A DNA stretch of 64,000 bases from a virus (taxonomy: Duplodnaviria > Caudoviricetes), in the IMG/VR virus record IMGVR_UViG_3300032093_000005. One strand, 5' to 3'. Under the pieces are notes generated by a model that saw only the letters and a list, made by a program, of their open reading frames with translations, did no database searches and was not told where the DNA came from. Below are positions 47,773-57,101 of this stretch, one piece after another (the first letter of the stretch is position 1; each line of letters starts with the position of its first letter). Made by a program: the position numbers and the translations under genes.

Positions 47773-47964
47773 TCAGTCCTCTTCGGTAAATTCTGCAGGA
47801 GTTTCTTCTGTTAGTTCTGGTTCTGGAAGAGTAACTCCAATTTGAGTTAGATACTCAATTGCACCCTGAACTTTCCAAAAAAGTTCTCTACTTTGATTCA
47901 TTTGTTGTTCTAGAGTAATTCTTTGCTCTAAAAGATTTTTAAGATGTTCTTGCTGTTCAGTCAT
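47773..47964 (-). CDS. Hypothetical coiled-coil protein (63 aa)
   Basis: ORF track. Confidence 0.65.
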   Translation of the reverse strand: MTEQQEHLKNLLEQRITLEQQMNQSRELFWKVQGAIEYLTQIGVTLPEPELTEETPAEFTEED

Positions 47965-48016
47965 TTTCCTATAAAAAGTAAAAAGTAAAGGGGAGTCATT
48001 CCACTCCCCTTATATA

Positions 48017-48685
48017 TCAAACTTCTACCGTGATCAGTTTGGAAGCATATTCATGAGCATACGAAGTGCGGGCACCATGATGTCCCCAACCAATCCAACT
48101 ATACGCATAGTCCATGTAACGATTGATAGACTTACCAGGAGTTTTCATCCTATCTTCAATACGTTGCCATTGAACTTCAGTCGTTAGATAACGAAGTTGC
48201 GTGTGAAGTTCTGATGGAGAACCACCATACTTCTTAGCAAAATCACCCAATCCATAATAACGATTGGCAGATGTCCATTGAATCAGTCCGTAACCGCGAC
48301 CGCAGTTACCCCAACTGGTTCTACTACCACCTTCACAAATGTTAGGAACAAAAGTTGATTCCTGACGAATGTTACCCATGATGGTAGCAAGGGCGTTTCT
48401 GTCTTTAATACCACGATTCTGGAAAAATGCCAGAGTAGCATTCTCATGTTCATTACACCCTTTACAAATTAACCTTGTCTCTTTAGGTTTTGCGGGAGCA
48501 ACCTCGCGGATTGCTGTCTTCTTTTCATCTACAAGATTAAACTCTTTGATAATAGCAAATGGTTTGGTCGTTGGTTCCACTGGTGGTGGAGGACCTTGCA
48601 TCTTGTAGTTGACGAATGGCAGTGATGCCGTACTGGTTGTAACCGTTGCCAGAAGAGGCAGGGCTACTGTAAAGATAGATTGCAT
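48017..48685 (-). CDS. Secreted cell-wall hydrolase, phage tail lysozyme-like
   Basis: IMGNIRQES..GYGLIQWT..QLRYL; N-terminal signal-like segment. Confidence 0.75.
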   Translation of the reverse strand: MQSIFTVALPLLATVTTSTASLPFVNYKMQGPPPPVEPTTKPFAIIKEFNLVDEKKTAIREVAPAKPKETRLICKGCNEHENATLAFFQNRGIKDRNALATIMGNIRQESTFVPNICEGGSRTSWGNCGRGYGLIQWTSANRYYGLGDFAKKYGGSPSELHTQLRYLTTEVQWQRIEDRMKTPGKSINRYMDYAYSWIGWGHHGARTSYAHEYASKLITVEV

Positions 48686-48809
48686 TAATTTTAATTGAAC
48701 TCTACATCCCAATAGAAAGGGGGTATACCACCCCTCTCGGGGGGCACTTTCCTGGGCTCTAATATCACATCAAATTCTCATGATGCAATCCCTGTGTGAG
48801 GGATTTTTC

Positions 48810-48871
48810 ATAATAAGTTAATATTTAGGATATGTCAAGTGTGCCAGTCTAGAAAGTGTCTCTCCTAAATA
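48810..48871. promoter_or_regulatory. Divergent promoters: minus-strand TTGACA-N17-TATTAT and plus-strand late TAAATA (48866-48871)
   Basis: Read directly. Confidence 0.7.
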
Positions 48872-48896
48872 AGCTAGGTTTATCATCTCTAGAACA

Positions 48897-49358
48897 ATGA
48901 AAAGACTTCTACTAGCCTTTTCGTTATTCTTCACTACTCCTGTCTTTGCAGGTGAAATTACATCCAAAATTGTTGATTCCGTTCAATTAAGCGTTCAGGG
49001 TGCAGCGGTTCAATCAACTAGAGTCGGTGGTCAGTATACCGTCTCTGGTACTAACATCAACGTCACAACTCTTGGAGGAGTTGGATCTGCAGGTTCTTAT
49101 AACATCAATACCAATGGTGCGGCATTTAGTTTTAGTGAATCTACAATTACTGCTGATACAGTTGTCTCCTCTCAGTCGGCAGCTAATGGAACAATTGCCG
49201 CTCCCAACCTTTATAGCGACTCTACTACTCAGTTAGGTGGCTCTGCAGGTTCTCTTGCAGGAACTCTGAGTTCAACTGGCGTTCCTACCATCACTGCTGG
49301 TGGTCCTGGAAGCACTGGTACAGCACAAAGAACCGTTGAGTTAAGCGTATTCAAGTGA
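48897..49358 (+). CDS. Secreted beta-rich hypothetical protein (153 aa)
   Basis: Signal peptide with VFA cleavage site; plus-strand operon. Confidence 0.75.
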   Translation: MKRLLLAFSLFFTTPVFAGEITSKIVDSVQLSVQGAAVQSTRVGGQYTVSGTNINVTTLGGVGSAGSYNINTNGAAFSFSESTITADTVVSSQSAANGTIAAPNLYSDSTTQLGGSAGSLAGTLSSTGVPTITAGGPGSTGTAQRTVELSVFK

Positions 49359-49717
49359 AACACATAACTCCCGTTTTGCTGCTGGCAACGGGACTTATAT
49401 CTCCTTGTTTTGCAGCACCTGTCACTCCTAATTTTACGAGTGGCACGATTACTTCTGAGACCAAAACTCGCACTGAGGTGGTTGAAGTTATCAAACAAAT
49501 AGAATATACAACTGGGACATCTTATACTGTCACTGGTACTAATATCAATATACCTGACCGTCCTGGTCCAGGTGCGAACTACACAATTCAAACGCAAGGT
49601 GCTCCGTTCCAGTTTAGTGAAACTCACTTGACTCCTGGAATTGCGAAAGAAACATGGATAGATCGCAAAACGGTAGAAGAGTCTACCACAAATTCATTAT
49701 CGGTCTTCACGCAATAG
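49355..49717 (+). CDS. Secreted hypothetical protein (120 aa)
   Basis: Signal-peptide-like N-terminus; GTGA overlap. Confidence 0.75.
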   Translation: MKHITPVLLLATGLISPCFAAPVTPNFTSGTITSETKTRTEVVEVIKQIEYTTGTSYTVTGTNINIPDRPGPGANYTIQTQGAPFQFSETHLTPGIAKETWIDRKTVEESTTNSLSVFTQ

Positions 49718-50250
49718 TATTTGCCTTACCAGCAACTGCTCAGCAAGCACCGTCTAATACTAACATAGCAGGACCCTCAGCATCTGCAACTGGTAATGTG
49801 ACGAACCAGGCTGTGCAAGTTTTACAGGGTCCTTTCGCTATGAATACTTATGGTTCTGGTGTATCTTGTCAGGGTCCAACTCTGAACCTTCAGACCTTTG
49901 GATATAATAGTTTATCCAATAATAGTGATCCCACATCATATCAACAAAATTCCTTCAACGGAGGCATCTCTGCTGGGTTCTCTATTCCCCTTGACGGGTC
50001 TTTTCAGGAACTATGCAAAGCACGAGTCAGAACTGAAATCACAAGACAGCAGGCGGAAGCAGACAAGGCACGACTTGATTTTGAACTTGTAAGACTCTTG
50101 AAGTGTGGTGAAGCAATCAAGTCTGGTATCTCATTTCACCCACAATCACCATACGCAAAGATATGTGCTGATGTTGTTGTGAAGTATCCAAAAGTACAGG
50201 ATGTAGTCAATGGAAATACCACCAATCAAGTCAGCGTCCGTAAGAATTGA
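49654..50250 (+). CDS. Secreted or outer-membrane hypothetical protein (198 aa)
   Basis: Signal-like ATA site, GISAGFSIPLD strand, coiled coil, four Cys. Confidence 0.7.
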   Translation: MDRSQNGRRVYHKFIIGLHAIVFALPATAQQAPSNTNIAGPSASATGNVTNQAVQVLQGPFAMNTYGSGVSCQGPTLNLQTFGYNSLSNNSDPTSYQQNSFNGGISAGFSIPLDGSFQELCKARVRTEITRQQAEADKARLDFELVRLLKCGEAIKSGISFHPQSPYAKICADVVVKYPKVQDVVNGNTTNQVSVRKN

Positions 50251-50890
50251 TGCACCACGCATCATTCCTACAATAGAACCTCCTGTCACAAAAAGAACTG
50301 AAAGAAACGTTACATTCAGTTTGGAACTTCCAATTATTAATGTTCCAAACCCATCATTCAACTATCCAGTTGTTGATGTTCCGACTCAAGAAGAGTTTGA
50401 TGCTGCGGTGAGAGCAGAACAAAAGAAACAAGAAGAATCACAAGAAGAAAAGTCTAGAGGACTTCCTGATAGTAAACCTGTATTAGCACAAGTCCAAGTT
50501 CCTCAAGAATCAATACAAGACAAAATAATCAAAGAGACAAACACCAATACAAATTTAGGAGTGCCCGTCATTGAAGTTCCAATCATCGGGGAAGTTCCAG
50601 TTCCTCCAAAAGAACAGGTTATTCTTGCTGGCACCACTGCTACTGCTTCTGTTGCTGCGGCTCTTATTGGCAAATCTTTGGTGGAGTGGATGGTAAAGAA
50701 AATGAAACCTATCGTTCAACAAATATTTGTAAGGGGTAAAAAACTCTTGAACAGAGACCTTACCCCTTATGAACTTCAGGTATATTTTGCGTTTGAGAAG
50801 AGTGACTCTCTCAAAAAAGTCAATAAACTATTAAAGAAGGAACAGAAGAAAGATAAACAAAGACAATACAAAGAGTTTCACGAGAAGTGA
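50210..50890 (+). CDS. Pro-rich membrane-anchored hypothetical protein (226 aa)
   Basis: ORF track; one hydrophobic segment. Confidence 0.7.
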   Translation: MEIPPIKSASVRIDAPRIIPTIEPPVTKRTERNVTFSLELPIINVPNPSFNYPVVDVPTQEEFDAAVRAEQKKQEESQEEKSRGLPDSKPVLAQVQVPQESIQDKIIKETNTNTNLGVPVIEVPIIGEVPVPPKEQVILAGTTATASVAAALIGKSLVEWMVKKMKPIVQQIFVRGKKLLNRDLTPYELQVYFAFEKSDSLKKVNKLLKKEQKKDKQRQYKEFHEK

Positions 50891-51304
50891 TTACTTCTTA
50901 CGCTTGGCATCCAGTTCAGCAAAGTTCTTCTTCTTGGTGCCGCCATCGTATTCCCATGCAAAACCGGAAACTATCATCTGTTCGTTCAGTGATGTTGCTT
51001 CGTTATTGATAAACAGGTGCCCGATGATTCTTCCATACTTCTCTGTGCTGTCTGGAAGTTCGGTTTTGATAATAATATCTTTAGCAAATTGTAACCTATT
51101 CTTCAACCACTCTTTTGATTCAAGTCCAAGTTTCTTTTCATACTCGTCCTTCGTGCGACTCTCAGGAGTATCAACCCCAGCAAGGCGAATGCGTTTTTCC
51201 AAACTTATAGAAAATCCTAAATCAATATCAGCATCAATCGTATCCCCATCAACTACCCTTAAAATATTTTTAATCCTGTAAATATATGGGTCTCTGTCCG
51301 CCAT
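50891..51304 (-). CDS. Thermonuclease (SNase-like) nuclease
   Basis: VVDGDTI..RLAGVDTPE..KYGR. Confidence 0.9.
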   Translation of the reverse strand: MADRDPYIYRIKNILRVVDGDTIDADIDLGFSISLEKRIRLAGVDTPESRTKDEYEKKLGLESKEWLKNRLQFAKDIIIKTELPDSTEKYGRIIGHLFINNEATSLNEQMIVSGFAWEYDGGTKKKNFAELDAKRKK

Positions 51305-51317
51305 TTATTTAAAGCAA

Positions 51318-51902
51318 TTAACTCTTACTATATATTCTCCCCAATACCCATTCACATCCAGGAGTTTCATTATTAGCAAAAAGTTTTTCAACTTCACCAT
51401 TATTCCACCACTTTCTACCAGTCATATAATTTTTTCTTTTATCTTTAAATTCTTGGGAACGAGTTGCCCCTTTTTTATTTTGTGGTAGTTTTTCTATATG
51501 CTCTTTTGATTTTTTCTTACCAGATAAAGCATTACTTATATTTTCTCTATGGGACTTTGGAGCAATTTTACCATAGAAAGGATGATTTACACCACTCATT
51601 TTTAAACTTTGAATTTCTTTCTGTTCTTCACTTACAATCCTACCAGAAGTTCCTTCACCTCCATCGGTAAGATTTCTTAAAATACCAGTCCCATTATCTT
51701 TTCTACCATAAACATCAATCATATAAACTTCGTGTTTGATTGCTTCTTGTTCTGTTAGGTTTCTTTTTAGATATATTATTCTATCTCTACTTGGTAAAGG
51801 CACAATTCTTTTTTTAACATACATTCTAAACCCCTTACCTTTACCGATGTAATAAGGAGTTCTATCCTCACGCAAATATGCGTAGGTGTAATAGTTATTC
51901 AT
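51318..51902 (-). CDS. GIY-YIG homing endonuclease with NUMOD3-like repeats
   Basis: YTYAY..YYIGKG..R; HRENISNALSG. Confidence 0.85.
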   Translation of the reverse strand: MNNYYTYAYLREDRTPYYIGKGKGFRMYVKKRIVPLPSRDRIIYLKRNLTEQEAIKHEVYMIDVYGRKDNGTGILRNLTDGGEGTSGRIVSEEQKEIQSLKMSGVNHPFYGKIAPKSHRENISNALSGKKKSKEHIEKLPQNKKGATRSQEFKDKRKNYMTGRKWWNNGEVEKLFANNETPGCEWVLGRIYSKS

Positions 51903-51904
51903 AC

Positions 51905-51988
51905 TGCTTTATGTGTGGTAATACTATTTATACAAGAAAAGAGGCATTTCTGCCTCCAATCTTTTGCTTAGGTTACCACACATAAGCA
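51905..51988 (-). promoter_or_regulatory. RNA hairpin enclosing the late promoter TATAAATA (51925-51932)
   Basis: Near-perfect 16-bp inverted repeat 51905-51921/51973-51988 with inner GAAA hairpin. Confidence 0.8.
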
Positions 51989-51995
51989 TCACTAT

Positions 51996-52208
51996 TTAGA
52001 AAGGAAACTTAATACTCCCAGTATTTAGTTTCGGAATAGGAAGTTTTTCAAATGCCTTATTCACTTGATTCTCTACAACCTTACCAACAAACTGCTCTGG
52101 ATTGTTTAAGATTGCTTCTGCTTTTTTATAAGTCACATAAGCACCATAACAAAGTGCTCCACTAATGAGAAGACTTGTCGTTGATAGAATGAGTGCTAGG
52201 TTCTTCAT
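51996..52208 (-). CDS. Small membrane protein (70 aa)
   Basis: ORF track. Confidence 0.65.
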   Translation of the reverse strand: MKNLALILSTTSLLISGALCYGAYVTYKKAEAILNNPEQFVGKVVENQVNKAFEKLPIPKLNTGSIKFPF

Positions 52209-52317
52209 TTTTCATTTCCTCGTTTGCTAATTTTAGTATGTAGTAAATGATATACAATACAAATATAAGTCCTGGTCCAAGAATCGACATTACTCCCCAA
52301 GGAAAATCTTGCGGCAT
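52162..52317 (-). CDS. Small membrane protein MPQDFPWGVM (51 aa)
   Basis: Hand translation; TAATG coupling. Confidence 0.5.
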   Translation of the reverse strand: MPQDFPWGVMSILGPGLIFVLYIIYYILKLANEEMKNEEPSTHSINDKSSH

Positions 52318-53063
52318 TAGTATTTACCTTCTACACAATAATCAGACTTCTTGTTGGGAACATATTCCTTATAACCCTCTTGTGGTTTCATCCACCCACA
52401 ACCAATCAACCATTCCATTGTCATAGGAGTAGGTCTTACTTGATCCCAAAGTGGTCCATTAGCACACATTTCCAGTTTTTGTGCAGTTACATTAGACTGT
52501 TCCTCTGCCCAATTAGCATCTGCTTCCCATGGAACAGCACGACTTTGACCCATACTCTCATAAGCAAGACGAGTTGACTTCATAACCCAAGCAGGAATCT
52601 CAGTGTCTTGATGAACCTGTGCCATAAAGGAGGTTTTGAGTCCACCACCCATACAGTCCTGAACAACATGCCATCCTTCGTGTCTCATCGTTCCTAGAAA
52701 TTCTCTAGGGTCTTTAAGCAATTCTTCATTTACAAAAAACCGATTGTATTCCGGTTTATATAAACCGATTGTTCTTGGAGTGAAGTATCGTGCTGGTCCA
52801 ACATAAACAGGAACTCCAAGTTTTTCAAGACCAGCAAGAATCTTTTGTATCTCTTCTCTAAAAGTATCAAACTCTTTTCCTTTAATTAGTGAAGAGTCTA
52901 CAGTGAGTTGTTCTACACCATCAGTACATTCCTTTAAAATCATACAACCCATCGATGCCAGGCTATATGCTGGAACGGTGGGTTGTTTCTTTGCAACTGT
53001 ATTAGCACTTGTAGGTAATGCTAAAGATATTGACAGACTAATTGCAGTAAAAAGTTTTTTCAT
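52317..53063 (-). CDS. Secreted putative zinc metallopeptidase (HExxH)
   Basis: Signal peptide; MRHEGWHVVQDC; downstream WEADA. Confidence 0.65.
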   Translation of the reverse strand: MKKLFTAISLSISLALPTSANTVAKKQPTVPAYSLASMGCMILKECTDGVEQLTVDSSLIKGKEFDTFREEIQKILAGLEKLGVPVYVGPARYFTPRTIGLYKPEYNRFFVNEELLKDPREFLGTMRHEGWHVVQDCMGGGLKTSFMAQVHQDTEIPAWVMKSTRLAYESMGQSRAVPWEADANWAEEQSNVTAQKLEMCANGPLWDQVRPTPMTMEWLIGCGWMKPQEGYKEYVPNKKSDYCVEGKY

Positions 53064-53260
53064 TCATTCCACCAACCTTCCTCTTTATGTATCCATACTT
53101 TTAGGTCTTTTACATACTTTCTTAATATTTCTGCTTGAGAAAGGTGCCACTCATCACCTGTCAATAGATGCTGCCGAGTATGTTCATCGACAGCATCTAG
53201 ACACTTCTTAATTATCGGGTTCCAAGGTTCCCGAATAGGAGTATTCCATTCTCTTGGCAT
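53060..53260 (-). CDS. Hypothetical protein (66 aa)
   Basis: ORF track. Confidence 0.65.
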   Translation of the reverse strand: MPREWNTPIREPWNPIIKKCLDAVDEHTRQHLLTGDEWHLSQAEILRKYVKDLKVWIHKEEGWWNE

Positions 53261-53266
53261 AATACC

Positions 53267-53389
53267 TCATTTTTTCTTGCCACCATTTTTTGCCTTGTTT
53301 GCATTCGCATTACCAGAGTTCTGCTTTTTGTTATTGGCAGAACCTGCACCACCAGAACCTTTCTTTCCCTTGTTTGCGGATTTAGACAT
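53267..53389 (-). CDS. Small basic Lys/Gly/Asn-rich protein (40 aa)
   Basis: Hand translation MSKSANKGKKGSGGAGSANNKKQ; TAATG coupling. Confidence 0.6.
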   Translation of the reverse strand: MSKSANKGKKGSGGAGSANNKKQNSGNANANKAKNGGKKK

Positions 53390-53730
53390 TACGCTCCAGT
53401 GCGAGGTGTAACTTGACCTTCTTCAAGTGCTTCAACTCTTTCTTCAAGAGATGGTTCTGCAACAGCAACTTCTGGTGCTGGTGGTTCTGGAGTGGGTTCA
53501 ATTACCACTTCTCTACGTGGTTCTTCTTTCTTTTCATCTTCATCACCACCCTTCTTCATTGTGTTAATACCGAAAGTTGCAGCAGATGCAGTGAAGACAG
53601 TTGCAATAAAAGTGGGGTCCATCTTAGATAGAGCCCCAGCATAACTAGCAGTAAGAAGAGCAGCGGACCAACCCAAGATCGCAATACGAATAACAGTACT
53701 CATACATTTACCTTTCTTGTCGTTTTCCAT
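53389..53730 (-). CDS. Two-TM membrane protein (holin-like candidate)
   Basis: Two hydrophobic segments, charged C-terminal tail, near lysins. Confidence 0.5.
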   Translation of the reverse strand: MENDKKGKCMSTVIRIAILGWSAALLTASYAGALSKMDPTFIATVFTASAATFGINTMKKGGDEDEKKEEPRREVVIEPTPEPPAPEVAVAEPSLEERVEALEEGQVTPRTGA

Positions 53731-53766
53731 CAGTTCCGTGTGATGAAGTCTGTCTTATTTAGGTTT

Positions 53767-55380
53767 TTAGAACCTAAACTTAACATTTGCGGAAACTGCA
53801 GTGTTACTTACACCATTATTAATCTGATGAATTCCTTGAACACTAACAATCTCTTTGTAGTCAAGAGTTGCAGATGCTTCAATAGCATTATCAGTTGCAT
53901 AAGAACCTTCAATACTTAAACCAAATAAATCTTTTTTCTTACCACCAAAACGAGTTTCAAGTCTCAGACCTGCTTCACCGACGTGATAAGTTTCATTGAT
54001 ACCACCAACACTTCTTACTGATTCAGGAGAACCAGTTTCACTGAATGCGTTTCTTGTATAATTACGAACAGTATATCCAACGAAAGGAGTTATATTCTTA
54101 TGAGCATGAATGAAAAGTCTATTGCTGACCCACCACTCTTGTCCAGAAGTCTGACTTTCATTTTTGAAAACTCCAGCAACATTTCTAGATACATTATAGT
54201 TATTTTGAGCAAGACCAGCATTCGTCAGAAGTGATAAAGTATTACCTCTCAACATATTAAAGACGCCATAGTGACTCTTCAGAAGTTTAGAAGTGCTATC
54301 GGTTCCATTCAGATTTAGAGTTATATTATTATACTGACCACCAATCGTCCAGGTTGGTTTGATATCAATCTCTACACCACCACCATAGATGAATGAAGTT
54401 CCAGAGTAACCATTCTCTCCATGTGACCAGGCATAGTAATTTTTACTGAACACTTTGATTTTTTCTTTTGACTTAGTTGGTTCGTGATTGAGAAGTCCTT
54501 GCAATCCTTCACCAATCTTATCCATAACTTCGTACTGATCTACACGACCATAGAAGTCAGCATATTCGTGAGTAGTTGCAACTGTGCTTGCTTGTGATGT
54601 GGTTACAACAGCAGTTCCATTTGTAACTACCGTTGAATTATCACTATAAGTATCGGTTGTAACTGGTGTTGTAGTGATGGTTGTAACAGAAGTTGTTGTT
54701 ACATCAGTTTGATTGTGGCGGTTGATTCTTTGTCTTCCACCATCTTCTGTTGCTGTGTGAGTAACAGTTGTTTCGGATACTGGAGTAAGAACAGCAACAG
54801 TTGAAGATACATTATTAGCAGTATTAGAACTTACCAGAGTTGGTGCTGGTGGTGCAATTGGTTGTCCAGTTGTATCATTAATACCATCACCATCAGCATC
54901 ACCAGAAAGTGCTGCAGCGGTAAGAACTACAGTACTAGAAAGGATGACATTATCCATAGGCATCCAATTAGCTGTTGGAGCTCCAGCAGCATTGTAAGTG
55001 AATTGATAATCTCCAGCACCAAGTCCAGTAAAAGTTACACCCTGCCAAGTTGATGATACCTGACTATTGCTACCATAAGCAACTAATTGTGATCCGTTAG
55101 AAGTAAAATAGTTTGTACCATCAATCAATCCATCCGGTCTTGTTGCTGAAAGTAAAGTCCAGTTAACGGTTGTTGCAGAAAAATTAGTTCCGTTGATACC
55201 TTGTAACGTTAAAGTCCCTTCGTTAAAGGTAGTTCCTGGATGCCAGTTACCATACCAGAAAGTAACTGATCCATTACCACCACCAACATATCCGATGGAG
55301 TTGGTGTGAGATAATGCTGCAGTTGGCACTCCAAGTAAGAGCGCAGACGCTGCAGCCAGCGCCTTTTGCGTGTAAGACAT
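53767..55380 (-). CDS. Autotransporter-like outer-membrane beta-barrel protein (537 aa)
   Basis: Signal peptide, Thr-rich linker, alternating strands, terminal VKFRF. Confidence 0.7.
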   Translation of the reverse strand: MSYTQKALAAASALLLGVPTAALSHTNSIGYVGGGNGSVTFWYGNWHPGTTFNEGTLTLQGINGTNFSATTVNWTLLSATRPDGLIDGTNYFTSNGSQLVAYGSNSQVSSTWQGVTFTGLGAGDYQFTYNAAGAPTANWMPMDNVILSSTVVLTAAALSGDADGDGINDTTGQPIAPPAPTLVSSNTANNVSSTVAVLTPVSETTVTHTATEDGGRQRINRHNQTDVTTTSVTTITTTPVTTDTYSDNSTVVTNGTAVVTTSQASTVATTHEYADFYGRVDQYEVMDKIGEGLQGLLNHEPTKSKEKIKVFSKNYYAWSHGENGYSGTSFIYGGGVEIDIKPTWTIGGQYNNITLNLNGTDSTSKLLKSHYGVFNMLRGNTLSLLTNAGLAQNNYNVSRNVAGVFKNESQTSGQEWWVSNRLFIHAHKNITPFVGYTVRNYTRNAFSETGSPESVRSVGGINETYHVGEAGLRLETRFGGKKKDLFGLSIEGSYATDNAIEASATLDYKEIVSVQGIHQINNGVSNTAVSANVKFRF

Positions 55381-55481
55381 AGAAAAACAGTGAGTCGGTG
55401 GTTTGAGATTCTCTAGAACCTACAAATCACAACTCACTGCGGTGGTGGAGTTGCTTCAACTCAACGGTTGAAACTATTTAG

Positions 55482-56150
55482 TCATCCCTTCTTCCAAGAT
55501 TCACCTTCTGTCTTTCTTCTACGCGCCAATCCTGCTTCTACATTTGAACCAGGATTTCTGTAGAGGTATAAAGCATCTGGAACTAAGTCCCATTCTTTAT
55601 TCTTCAGGCGTTTAGTAATAGTATTAAAGTTATCACCACCGTAAAAACCGGCACCAAGATTATAAGCAAAGCTGAGCAAAGCTCCTCTTTTTCCATCTGA
55701 CATTTCACTCCAATGTGGGATTTTACGCAATGCAGGAAGGAACTCTTTCTTACATTGTTCGATGAGAAGATCATCTGCTTCTGCTTGCGAAAGAGTATCG
55801 CCAAGTTTAAATGCTGAACCATCCTTCTTACGGGTTGAACCCCAACCAATTGTGATTGGAAGTCCACCAGTCAGAGGGTCTGGATATGCCTTAAGATGAC
55901 ATCCTTCAAACTCTTTGATTAACTTGATTCCCATCTGTGGGAGATCATCACCACCAACTACAGGCGCTGCAGCAGCAGGGGTTGCTGGTGCAGCACTAGT
56001 CTTTTTTCCGCGATAAATCTCTGCCCAGTCTACATTATCTTCCAGATACTTAACTGGGAGATTATCTTCTAACCACTGAACTGCTTTAACATGATTAGGG
56101 TTTCTTTCATCATAGAACTGAAAGAAATTATGAAGATCGATTTTTGCCAT
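55482..56150 (-). CDS. Lysozyme (GH24) endolysin
   Basis: IKEFEG..AYPD..TIGWG, ALLSFAYNLG, GLARRR. Confidence 0.92.
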   Translation of the reverse strand: MAKIDLHNFFQFYDERNPNHVKAVQWLEDNLPVKYLEDNVDWAEIYRGKKTSAAPATPAAAAPVVGGDDLPQMGIKLIKEFEGCHLKAYPDPLTGGLPITIGWGSTRKKDGSAFKLGDTLSQAEADDLLIEQCKKEFLPALRKIPHWSEMSDGKRGALLSFAYNLGAGFYGGDNFNTITKRLKNKEWDLVPDALYLYRNPGSNVEAGLARRRKTEGESWKKG

Positions 56151-56235
56151 TGTTGTCTCCGAAATAACGTTGATAAAGTTCGTTTGCTTCTAGATGCTTT
56201 CCATGATTAGTAAGTTCTTTAATCACCTTAAGCAT
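56128..56235 (-). CDS. Small hypothetical protein MLKVIKELTNHGKH (35 aa)
   Basis: Hand translation. Confidence 0.45.
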   Translation of the reverse strand: MLKVIKELTNHGKHLEANELYQRYFGDNNGKNRSS

Positions 56236-56248
56236 CTTTGCCTTAAAT

Positions 56249-56920
56249 CTAGTCGAAGATTCTACCCCATCCATCGTTGCCTCCTGGACACCAACGGTGC
56301 TTGAGAACTGCTTTGGTGTAAATTGTTTTCTTACCGTTAGTCACAGGTCCAGTATAGTTATCATTCAATGAACCATATGGATCATTCACAAAATATCCCT
56401 TACCATCTGGAGTCTTACCAATTACAACACACATATGCCCACCAGTAGGTGCAGAAAGAGAACCCCTATGGAGTATGCCAATAACAACGGGCTTTCCAGC
56501 ATCCAAACTTTTATCAATATCAGCAAAAGATAGATTGTAACTAAAGTGTGACTTAACACCATAACCTGCCAGAACTTTCGTCTGTACGGCATGATCAGTT
56601 GTATCACCAATTGCAAATACTTTCTTGACATACTCATCATCGCCCTTAATGCTTCCTGGCTTAAGGAAAGCAAGGCACATAGCGCACGATGAACTGTTAC
56701 AAGTTCTATGTGCATCTCGGTAATTGTCTACTTGATTGAAATATGGAACATTCAGAACTGCTGGTGTAGGTGGTTTGGTTCTAAAAATTCCAATCCAATC
56801 GGTTTCTGAATCGTCAAGGAATTGAGCAGGTAGGTTATCTTCTAACCATTGAACTGCTGCTACATGATTTGAGTTAGTGTCGTCGTAAAACTTAAAAAAG
56901 TTATGAAGATCCAATGTCAT
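56249..56920 (-). CDS. C39-like cysteine peptidase
   Basis: LNVPYFNQ..CNSSSCAM..GH..V.G..VNDP. Confidence 0.85.
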   Translation of the reverse strand: MTLDLHNFFKFYDDTNSNHVAAVQWLEDNLPAQFLDDSETDWIGIFRTKPPTPAVLNVPYFNQVDNYRDAHRTCNSSSCAMCLAFLKPGSIKGDDEYVKKVFAIGDTTDHAVQTKVLAGYGVKSHFSYNLSFADIDKSLDAGKPVVIGILHRGSLSAPTGGHMCVVIGKTPDGKGYFVNDPYGSLNDNYTGPVTNGKKTIYTKAVLKHRWCPGGNDGWGRIFD

Positions 56921-57101
56921 CTTCTTCTCCTATGTACTCTAATGAAAATACATCATGCTCTGGAATATCGGGATTCAACCATTCACTAAATTCAGATTGA
57001 ATCGCATGGGCATTTTCAATATTTTTTTGTTCACATAGGAAATGCATCCTGTCAATTGCCCAATCGTGTGATTGACGAAGAGTAGTTTCAAGTGTCACCA
57101 T
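56901..57101 (-). CDS. Hypothetical protein MVTLETTLRQSHDW (66 aa)
   Basis: Start moved to the ATG after TAAATA to avoid overlap with the plus-strand gene. Confidence 0.65.
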   Translation of the reverse strand: MVTLETTLRQSHDWAIDRMHFLCEQKNIENAHAIQSEFSEWLNPDIPEHDVFSLEYIGEEDDIGSS

